Part shown: positions 1 to 7,165 of the stretch, piece by piece
Layout: each line of letters opens with the position of its first letter
Position numbering within the stretch: position 1 is the stretch's first letter
Virus record (IMG/VR): IMGVR_UViG_3300048834_001178
Coordinates: 13,033-77,032 of that record
From: a virus
Length of the DNA stretch: 64,000 nucleotides
Strand: one strand, 5' to 3'
The notes under the pieces: generated by a model
The model's database searches: none
Told to the model about the DNA's origin: nothing
The model's input: the letters and a program-made list of their open reading frames with translations, nothing else
Program-made: the position numbers and the translations under genes

Positions 1-66
1 GCGGACACGCTTTTCCGGGGCGTAGCAACGGCGCTGGGGCTGACGGGAACGCCATCCTCAGTCGGC

Positions 67-762
67 ATGGGCAACAGGCTGTGGTGGCTGGGCGACTACG
101 TGCCAGTCGAGGGCGAGCGGTTCCCGGTGTACCTCGCGACAACCCGGGACGCGCAGTCGTTGCTCCGCAGCGCCGGACACATCTCAGCGCTCTCGCAGCG
201 GCCGTTTGTTCTCGTCACGCCCACGCGGGCCGGCGCGAGCGAAGAACTCAACCGTGTTGTCGAGGGGCGGTCATCGGCGTGGATCACGCTCGTCGAATCG
301 CTGACGTGGCAGGGCGAGGGCGTGTTCGAGCCCAAGCCATCGCTCGAGCAAGCGATGGCCACCTTCGCGGGTCGCCACATCAAGGTTGCTGCTGCGCGGT
401 CCGACACACCGAGGTTCGCCACGCCCGCGGGGGCGCGATGGTCCGATGTGCGGATCCGATTCACTGATGCGCACACGGTGTCCGTGAGCGTCAAGACTCA
501 GACCGGGGTCTTTGATTTTGCCTCGATGGGTATGGGCGTGGCCAGAACCCGCAAGCCTGACGTCCAGTGGGCGTTGCTCTACGCGTTCGCCAAGGGCCGG
601 GGAACCCTGGACTGGCGGAGCCCGGAGGCGTCTCCGAAGAACCAGAAACGCCGCGAACGGCTCGCCGAGAAGCTTCAGGCGTTCTTCGGCATCGCCGGCG
701 ACCCGATCCGGATCGAAGGCAACGGTTGGGCGACGCTGTTCCACACCGAGACCGACCACTGA
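67..762 (+). CDS. Conserved hypothetical protein (probably 5'-truncated by window edge); homolog of 54444-55472
   Basis: Shares motifs with the 54444 protein (PxYxx, F(V/I)xxT, SAW, W(S/P)DVxxR, LxAxFxIxxxPI) and sits at the same position upstream of the sigma-like gene. Confidence 0.7.
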   Translation: MGNRLWWLGDYVPVEGERFPVYLATTRDAQSLLRSAGHISALSQRPFVLVTPTRAGASEELNRVVEGRSSAWITLVESLTWQGEGVFEPKPSLEQAMATFAGRHIKVAAARSDTPRFATPAGARWSDVRIRFTDAHTVSVSVKTQTGVFDFASMGMGVARTRKPDVQWALLYAFAKGRGTLDWRSPEASPKNQKRRERLAEKLQAFFGIAGDPIRIEGNGWATLFHTETDH

Positions 763-765
763 CGC

Positions 766-908
766 CATCGACATGTCGATGACGCCCTGGCGGTTTTCTC
801 AAGATTCTTTCCGCTGCCCACGAACGCGCAACCCGCTGATTCTCAGCGGGTTGCTTCGCTTTGTAGGGGAGCCAGCGACCTGAATCTCCCGTCGCCATCG
901 ACAAGTCG
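766..908. promoter_or_regulatory. Paired operator-like sites ATCGACATGTCG (767-778, within perfect 16-bp palindrome 766-781) and ATCGACAAGTCG (897-908), flanking a 12-bp inverted repeat (828-854)
   Basis: Read directly; element 2 has ATCGAAAAGTCG twice at the equivalent positions (55472, 55578). Confidence 0.55.
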
Positions 909-912
909 CCAG

Positions 913-1017
913 TCGGGGACGACAGGCCCGCATCCCACGAAACCGCCCCGGTGAGCTCAACGCCGGACCTGTCGCTCCCCGGGGCCTTCTGGCCATGCCA
1001 GGAAGGTCCGGCCCATG
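913..1017 (+). ncRNA. Structured cis-regulatory leader RNA (pseudoknot/antisense-type switch) over the sigma-gene RBS
   Basis: Stem 945-956/974-985; loop GCCGGACCT (962-970) is complementary to AGGTCCGGC (1004-1012) just before ATG 1015; compensatory changes in the element 2 copy. Confidence 0.6.
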
Positions 1018-1536
1018 TCCACCCGCGCCATCGATCCATCCACCCTCAAGTTCGCCAAGACGCTCGTTCGCATCAAGGCCAAGCAACTCCTCCGCGTCAT
1101 CCGCGACGCCGCGACCGGCAGCCAGCAGGACCTGGAGCAGGATCTCCTGCTGGAGGTGGTTGTCCGCTGGCCCGGCTTTGATCCCAATCGCGGCAACGCC
1201 GAAGCGTTTGTCGAGAGCGTCGTCCGCGCCAAGCTCTGCAAGATGCTCCGCGATGCCAAGCGGGCCAAGCGGGTTCCGGGCCCGACCGTCAGCGCCGACG
1301 GCAGCAACGCGATCGATCCCGCCGACGATCTCCGCGTTCTGTGCATCCGCATGGATGTCGAGACCGTCATCGGCACGCTCGACGCCGTGAAGCGCAGCGT
1401 GTGCGATCAGCTGCTCCGCGAGTCGGTGACCGAGGCCGCGCGCCAGCTTCGCACGCCCCGATCCACGCTGGAGTACGCGGTGAACAGCGTCCGCGATCGC
1501 TTCGAGAAATCAGATGTTGATCAGTATTTCTCGTGA
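1015..1536 (+). CDS. ECF/sigma-70 family RNA polymerase sigma factor-like protein
   Basis: Region-2-like DLEQDLLLEV..RWPGFDPNRGNAEAFV and C-terminal HTH SVTEAARQLRTPRSTL; homolog at 55705. Confidence 0.7.
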   Translation: MSTRAIDPSTLKFAKTLVRIKAKQLLRVIRDAATGSQQDLEQDLLLEVVVRWPGFDPNRGNAEAFVESVVRAKLCKMLRDAKRAKRVPGPTVSADGSNAIDPADDLRVLCIRMDVETVIGTLDAVKRSVCDQLLRESVTEAARQLRTPRSTLEYAVNSVRDRFEKSDVDQYFS

Positions 1537-1548
1537 ACACGCCCCGCG

Positions 1549-1568
1549 ACGGGTTAGGTGCTCTATGG
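1549..1568 (+). promoter_or_regulatory. 20-bp element ACGGGTTAGGTGCTCTATGG, candidate phage promoter (copy 1)
   Basis: Exact repeat at 15875-15894; core GGTTAGGTG also follows the sigma gene in element 2. Confidence 0.6.
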
Positions 1569-1607
1569 CAGCACCGCGTTCCTTGCCGCCCCACCTCGGA
1601 GATCACC

Positions 1608-1940
1608 GTGAACACCACGCCCCGCACTGTCTACCGATTCGAGTTCGTGCACCGCGTCGACATCGACGAGGTCGAGCAGACCCTCGCTCTGTCCATTCTG
1701 GCCGTCGGGTGCCTGCAGGGCGAGGCCGCCGTTCGCCTGGACGCGGGCTACGCCATCGACCGCGACCGCCGCGTGATCGTCGTTGACGGCGACACGGAGA
1801 CCGGGCGGGCGGTGACCCGCGTCTTCACCGGCTTCTGCATCCACGAGTACGGCGACGACGCCTTCAGCGTGCGACGGCCCGGCGACAAGAGCCCGCGCGG
1901 CGGAGCGGCAGCCCAAGTGGCCGCGAGCGCCGTCGCGTGA
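1608..1940 (+). CDS. Conserved hypothetical phage protein; homolog of 56267-56566
   Basis: YRFxF..E(V/I)ExTL..LAVxCLxGxAAVRLDAGYA..VTRVFxGxCxHEYGD shared by both copies; GTG start after GGAGA. Confidence 0.75.
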   Translation: MNTTPRTVYRFEFVHRVDIDEVEQTLALSILAVGCLQGEAAVRLDAGYAIDRDRRVIVVDGDTETGRAVTRVFTGFCIHEYGDDAFSVRRPGDKSPRGGAAAQVAASAVA

Positions 1941-2038
1941 CTCGCTACCTCCCGCTCATCCGCCTTGGCCAGGGCGCGTTCACCCGCGAGATCTGGCCCC
2001 ACGACCTCGATCCCTCACTCCCAAAACACGGAGAACCC

Positions 2039-2863
2039 ATGCCCGTAACCGCAACCGCCAATCCCCACACCCTCATGAACCAGATCAGCAAGGGCCGCAA
2101 GGCCCGCCCCCGCCGCGTCATGTTGTACGGAACACACGGCATTGGCAAGAGCACCTTCGGCGCGATGGCCGAGAAGCCCATCTTCGTTCCGACCGAGGAC
2201 GGCCTGGCCGACATCGACTGCGAGTCGTTCCCGCTGGCCCGCAGCCTCGGCGAAGTCATGGCGGCTCTTGAGTCGCTGTACTCGGGTGACCACGACTACC
2301 GCACCGTCGTCATCGACAGTCTGGACTGGCTCGAGCGCCTGATCTGGACCGAGGTGTGCGCCGACGAGAACGTCGAGAACATCGAGAAGATCGGCTACGC
2401 CAAGGGCTTCTCGTTCGCCATCGACAAGTGGCGTTCGGTGCTCGGCGCGCTCGACGCGCTTCGCAGTGATCGAGGCATGACCGTCGTGCTCATCGCCCAC
2501 GCGAAGATCGAGAAGTTCGAGAACCCCGAGACCGTGCCGTACGACCGCTACTCGCCGCGACTGCACAAGCTCGCGTCCGCGCTTGTGCAGGAGTGGGCCG
2601 ACGAGGTGCTCTTCGCCACATACAAGGTCCACACCGTCAAGGTCGACGAAGGTTTCAACAAGGCCAAGCACAACGGCGTCTCCACCGGCGAGCGGATCAT
2701 CCGCACCGTCGAGCGGCCGGCGCACGTCGCCAAGAACCGGCTGGGTCTGCCCGAGGAGATCCCGCTCGACTACCGCGTCTACGGCGCGTTTGCCCGGGGC
2801 GAGAACCCGTTCGCCGAGGCGTCTGCACCTGCCCCCACCTCCGACACCGCCGGCGCGGCCTGA
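2039..2863 (+). CDS. AAA_24 family ATPase (Sak4-like phage recombination protein); start could be 1937
   Basis: Walker A LYGTHGIGKST, Walker B TVVIDSLDWLE, LIAHA, AKNRLGLP; adjacent to SSB-like gene. Confidence 0.85.
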   Translation: MPVTATANPHTLMNQISKGRKARPRRVMLYGTHGIGKSTFGAMAEKPIFVPTEDGLADIDCESFPLARSLGEVMAALESLYSGDHDYRTVVIDSLDWLERLIWTEVCADENVENIEKIGYAKGFSFAIDKWRSVLGALDALRSDRGMTVVLIAHAKIEKFENPETVPYDRYSPRLHKLASALVQEWADEVLFATYKVHTVKVDEGFNKAKHNGVSTGERIIRTVERPAHVAKNRLGLPEEIPLDYRVYGAFARGENPFAEASAPAPTSDTAGAA

Positions 2864-2922
2864 GCGCCGTTGCCGTTGTCCATCCCTCATCCGTCCATCA
2901 CCACTCGCAAAGGAACTGACTC

Positions 2923-3393
2923 ATGGCCACGCTGAACAACTTCGACGCCAACCAGGTCGACCCGTCCGTCGCGCTCGATCCACTCCCCGCGGGCAAGTAC
3001 CTCGCCGTCATCTCCGAGTCGGAGCTCAAGCCGACGAAGACCGGGGGCGGCAAGTACCTGCAGCTGACCTTCCAGATCATCGACGGCGAGTTCAAGGGCC
3101 GCCTGGTCTGGGCCCGTCTGAACCTCGAGAACAAGAGCGAGATGACGGTCAAGATCGCGCGCGGCGAGCTCTCGGCCATCTGCCGCGCCATCGGCGTGAT
3201 GCAGCCGAAGGACTCGGTCGAGCTGCACAACGTCCCGCTGGAGATCAACGTCGGGCTGAAGAAGCGCGACGACAACGGCGAGTTCACCAACGTCATCAAG
3301 GGCTACGCCAAGAAGGGCGGGAGCGGGTCGCCGGTGAGCGGTCGCGCTCCTGTCGGCGTCGGGCCGGGAGGGACGCCCCCCTGGAAGCGCTAA
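2923..3393 (+). CDS. DUF669 family single-stranded DNA-binding-like protein
   Basis: PLPAGKYLAVI..GKYLQLTFQIIDGEFKGRLVWARLNL, C-terminal PPWKR; AAGGA RBS; homolog at 56588. Confidence 0.85.
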   Translation: MATLNNFDANQVDPSVALDPLPAGKYLAVISESELKPTKTGGGKYLQLTFQIIDGEFKGRLVWARLNLENKSEMTVKIARGELSAICRAIGVMQPKDSVELHNVPLEINVGLKKRDDNGEFTNVIKGYAKKGGSGSPVSGRAPVGVGPGGTPPWKR

Positions 3394-3797
3394 GCCACCC
3401 AAGCCCACATGGTCGTGTCCTCGAGCTCCCGTACCCGCCCAGCGTGAACCACATCTGGCGGCGGATGGGCTCCAGGACCGTGCTGAGCCGCGAAGGGCGG
3501 CGCTACCGCGTACGCGTGTGCGCCGCCCTCGCGGTGATGGCGGGTGGGCGGGTGGTGCGGATGAACGGGCGGCTGGAGGTGCGTGTCACCGTCTGCCCGC
3601 CCGACAACCGCCGACGCGACCTGGACAACGTGCAAAAGGCCCTACTGGACGCGCTGGCCAAGGGCGGGGCGTACCGCGACGACTCGCAGATCGATCGGCT
3701 GGTGGTGGAACGCGGCCCGGTGACGCCGGGCGGCAAGGTGCTGGTGGTGATCGGGCCCATCGCTCACCCGGGATTGGAGACCGAGCATGAGCATTGA
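3381..3797 (+). CDS. rusA: RusA-family Holliday junction resolvase (start uncertain)
   Basis: LPYPPSVNHIWR, PPDNRRRDLDNVQKALLDAL, DDSQIDRL; C-terminal part of track ORF 2583-3797. Confidence 0.85.
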   Translation: MEALSHPSPHGRVLELPYPPSVNHIWRRMGSRTVLSREGRRYRVRVCAALAVMAGGRVVRMNGRLEVRVTVCPPDNRRRDLDNVQKALLDALAKGGAYRDDSQIDRLVVERGPVTPGGKVLVVIGPIAHPGLETEHEH

Positions 3798-4542
3798 AGA
3801 ACTGAGCCTTACGAGCCTCAAGATCAACGGCGGCACGCAGCTGCGGGAAGCGATCTCGGAGGAGACAGTGTCCGAGTACGCCGACGCACTGCGCGATGGC
3901 GCGGTCTTCCCGCCCGTGGTGGTGGTCCGTGACGGCGCGAGTCTGTGGCTGGTCGACGGCTTCCACCGGTTCCACGCCCACCGGCGCTGCGGGCGAGAGA
4001 CGATCGCCGCGGACGTGCGCGAGGGCACGCTGCGCGACGCGGTGCTGCACTCGCTGTCGGCAAACGTCGAGCACGGGCTGCGACGGACCAACGCCGACAA
4101 GCGCAAGGCCGTGCTGACCATGCTGACCAACAAGCTGGTCGCGACGGACGACCGCGGGAACCCGTGGTCCAATCGAGAAGTCGCGCGGAGGTGCAGTGTC
4201 AGTCTTGATCTCGTGAACCGCGTTCGAGACTCACTGAACGAATCGTTCAGTGAGCCAATGCAGACCGACCGCGCGTACACCACCAAGCACGGCACCACCG
4301 CCGTCATGAAGACCCGGAACATTGGTCGCCGTGACGCTGCTGTCCCCAAGCCGCGCGGCGGCCTCGCTCCGACCGCGATGACGCCCGTCCGCGGGCACTC
4401 CACCCCGACCAAGAAGACGGCCATCGAGCTGCCCCACGACCCGCGGTGGGCGGCCCGCAGCCTGCTGAGCACGTTGGGCGCGGCGTTCGTCCGCGCCCTG
4501 ATCCCCGAACTCACCCAATGCCTTGAAGGAGACGCCGAATGA
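3787..4542 (+). CDS. ParB/Srx N-terminal domain protein with HTH
   Basis: FPPVVV..WLVDGFHRFHA..ANVEHGL; WSNREVARRCSVS HTH. Confidence 0.8.
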   Translation: MSIEELSLTSLKINGGTQLREAISEETVSEYADALRDGAVFPPVVVVRDGASLWLVDGFHRFHAHRRCGRETIAADVREGTLRDAVLHSLSANVEHGLRRTNADKRKAVLTMLTNKLVATDDRGNPWSNREVARRCSVSLDLVNRVRDSLNESFSEPMQTDRAYTTKHGTTAVMKTRNIGRRDAAVPKPRGGLAPTAMTPVRGHSTPTKKTAIELPHDPRWAARSLLSTLGAAFVRALIPELTQCLEGDAE

Positions 4543-5438
4543 CCACGATGACCCCGCGATTCACCCTGAACGGTACCGCCGTCGCTGACACCGCTGTCGA
4601 GCGGGCCCGGCGCGCCTCACGCAACGCCACGCTTCCCCCTTCCGGCCCCGGGCCGACGGTCACCCGCGTGCTGGTGACCCCCGCGATGGCGATGGACTGG
4701 CTCGACAACGCCAACACCAGCAACCGCAAGGTCAGCGATGCGCACGTCCAGCGACTCGCCCGCGACATGTCTAGCGGCGAGTGGAAGCTGACGCACGAGG
4801 GCATCGCCTTCGACCCCAGCGGCATCCTGCTCGACGGCCAGCACCGGCTCTGGGCGGTGGTGATGTCCGAGACGTCCGTCGAGATGCACGTGTGGCGCAA
4901 CGTCACCCGCGAGGCGCTGATGGCGATCGACTGCGGGAAGCCCCGCACGCTCTGCGACGTCCTGCGCCTCAGCGGTGGTCACGGTGATGTGGGCACGACC
5001 GACATGGCGGTGCTCCGCGCCATGCTCGGCGGGCTCGCCGGGCCCGTCGCCCTCACGTCCTCCCAGGCGGCCGACGCGCTGGGCAAGCACGCCGCTGCGG
5101 TCAAGTTCGCGGTCGAGGCGCTGCCGCGCGTGCGCGCGATTGCGTGTGCCTCGACCCGGGCCGTCATCGGACGGGCGTACTACTCGTGCGATCACGACCG
5201 GCTCCGCGACTTTGCGCGGATGCTCGGCACGGGCGTGGTGCCCGAGGGCGGGTCTGTGGCCGTGGTGCTGCTCCGCCAGTTCCTGTGCGAGAAGGCGGGA
5301 CACTCGCGGCAGGCCGGGCACGAGCGGTACACCAAGACGCAGCGGGCCCTCGTCGCGTTCCTCAAGGGTGAGCCGATCTCCCGTCTGTACGCGGCGACCC
5401 AAGAGCACTTCCCCCTGCCCGAGGAGGTGGCGCGCTGA
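4539..5438 (+). CDS. ParB-like (DGQHR motif) phage protein
   Basis: NRKVSDAHVQRLARDM..GEW..GIAFD..LLDGQHRLWAVV. Confidence 0.7.
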   Translation: MTTMTPRFTLNGTAVADTAVERARRASRNATLPPSGPGPTVTRVLVTPAMAMDWLDNANTSNRKVSDAHVQRLARDMSSGEWKLTHEGIAFDPSGILLDGQHRLWAVVMSETSVEMHVWRNVTREALMAIDCGKPRTLCDVLRLSGGHGDVGTTDMAVLRAMLGGLAGPVALTSSQAADALGKHAAAVKFAVEALPRVRAIACASTRAVIGRAYYSCDHDRLRDFARMLGTGVVPEGGSVAVVLLRQFLCEKAGHSRQAGHERYTKTQRALVAFLKGEPISRLYAATQEHFPLPEEVAR

Positions 5439-7165
5439 TGATCGCCCCGACGACCTCCGGGCCCCGCATGGAGCTCCGCCCCTACCAGCGCGAAGCGGTG
5501 GACCGGGTCTACGCGCACCTCCGGGAGCGGGATGACAACCCCTGCGTTGTCATCCCGACCGGCGGGGGCAAGACGCCGATCATCGCCACGATCTGCCGCG
5601 ACGCGGTCGGCCAATGGAACGGCCGCGTCGTCATCCTTGCCCACGTCAAGGAGCTGCTCGAGCAGACCGCCGAGAAGCTCCGGCTCATCGCCCCCGACCT
5701 GCCCGTGGGCATCTATTCGGCGGGCCTCAAGCGCAAGGACCTTGGCTACAGCGCCACCGTCGCTGGCATCCAGAGCATCTGGAAGAAGGCGTGCGAACTG
5801 GGCTCCGTCGATCTGATCATCGTCGATGAGGCGCACATGGTCCCCGCCGAGGACGACGGGATCTACCGCCAGTTCATCGCCGACGCCAAGGTGGTCAACC
5901 CCAACGTCCGCGTCATCGGGCTGACCGCCACGCCCTACCGCCTCAAGTCCGGCGCGATCTGCGCCCCCGCCCCCCACAACATCCTCAACCACGTCTGCTA
6001 CGAGGTCGGCGTCCGCGAGCTGATCGTGCAGGGTTTCCTCTCGCCCCTGAAGACCAAGGCGGGCCTGCAGAAGATCAGCACCGACGACCTGCACGTCCGC
6101 GCCGGCGAGTTCGTCGCCAGCGAGGTCGAGGACCTGATGGACGAGGAGGGGCTGGTCGAAGGCGCGTGCGCCGAGATCGCTGCGCACACCAAGGACCGCA
6201 GCGCCACCCTGATCTTCTCTTCGGGTATCCGCCACGGCCAGCACATCGTCGATGTGCTCAAGGCCAAGCACAGCATCGAGTGCGGGTTCGTGACCGGTGA
6301 CACGCCGGACGGAGTGCGTGCGGCGATCCTCGGCAAATTCCGCTCGGGCGAGCTCAAGTACCTCTGCAACGTCAACGTTCTCACCACCGGGTTCGACGCG
6401 CCGCACATCGACTGCGTGGCGCTGGTCCGGCCGACCATGTCGCCCGGCCTGTACTACCAGATGGTGGGCCGGGGCTTCCGGCTCCACCCCGGCAAGAACG
6501 ACTGCCTGGTGCTCGACTTTGGCGGCAACGTGCTCCGGCACGGGCCGGTTGATGCGATCCGCATCGCCACCGACGACCGGGGCGACGGCGAGGCTCCGGC
6601 GAAGGAGTGTCCCAACTGCCAGGCCCTGATCGCGGCGGGCTACCAGACCTGCCCGCAGTGCGGCCACCAGTTCCCCGAGCCGAATCGACAGCAGCACGAG
6701 GCGAAGGCCAGCACCGAGGGCATCCTCTCCGGCCAGACCACGCGCGAAGAGCACCGAGTCAGCGAGACGACGTACCACGTGCACTCCAAGCGCAGCGACC
6801 CGTCCGCGCCGCTGACCATGCGCGTCGAGTACCGAGTCGGCTTCAACCGCTACTTCCGCGAGTGGGTCTGCTTCGACCACACCGGGTACGCGCGGACCAA
6901 GGCCGAAGCCTGGTGGCGGGCACGCTCGGTCGAGCCCGTGCCCGGTAGCACGGAAGAGGCGGTCGAGATGGCCAAGGCCGGGGCGCTCGCCCCGACGCTC
7001 TCGATCACCGTCGAGAAGAAGGCCGGCGACCAGTTCGAGCGTGTCACACAGCACGTGCTCGGCGACAAGCCGCCGCGACTGGACGGCGAAGAAGGCCTGC
7101 CGGACCGGCCGCCGGAGCCCGCGGGCATGACGTACGGCATCCCCGAAGACGAGATCCCCTTCTGA
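5438..7165 (+). CDS. SF2 DEAD/DEAH helicase with C-terminal Zn fingers (RadD/YejH-like phage helicase)
   Basis: LRPYQ, PTGGGKT, IVDEAH, GLTATP, LTTGFDAP, QMVGRGFR, CPNC..CPQC. Confidence 0.92.
   Translation: MIAPTTSGPRMELRPYQREAVDRVYAHLRERDDNPCVVIPTGGGKTPIIATICRDAVGQWNGRVVILAHVKELLEQTAEKLRLIAPDLPVGIYSAGLKRKDLGYSATVAGIQSIWKKACELGSVDLIIVDEAHMVPAEDDGIYRQFIADAKVVNPNVRVIGLTATPYRLKSGAICAPAPHNILNHVCYEVGVRELIVQGFLSPLKTKAGLQKISTDDLHVRAGEFVASEVEDLMDEEGLVEGACAEIAAHTKDRSATLIFSSGIRHGQHIVDVLKAKHSIECGFVTGDTPDGVRAAILGKFRSGELKYLCNVNVLTTGFDAPHIDCVALVRPTMSPGLYYQMVGRGFRLHPGKNDCLVLDFGGNVLRHGPVDAIRIATDDRGDGEAPAKECPNCQALIAAGYQTCPQCGHQFPEPNRQQHEAKASTEGILSGQTTREEHRVSETTYHVHSKRSDPSAPLTMRVEYRVGFNRYFREWVCFDHTGYARTKAEAWWRARSVEPVPGSTEEAVEMAKAGALAPTLSITVEKKAGDQFERVTQHVLGDKPPRLDGEEGLPDRPPEPAGMTYGIPEDEIPF

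Noticed and set aside
2583-3380. N-terminal two-thirds of the 404-aa track ORF
   Set aside because: Overlaps the AAA_24 and DUF669 genes out of frame; only the RusA C-terminal part is credible
5192-7054. Long minus-strand ORFs antisense to helicase, terminase, capsid, tape measure and recombinase (also 13275-15314, 18266-19705, 23202-24980, 51008-52681)
   Set aside because: Mirror frames of well-supported genes; no motifs
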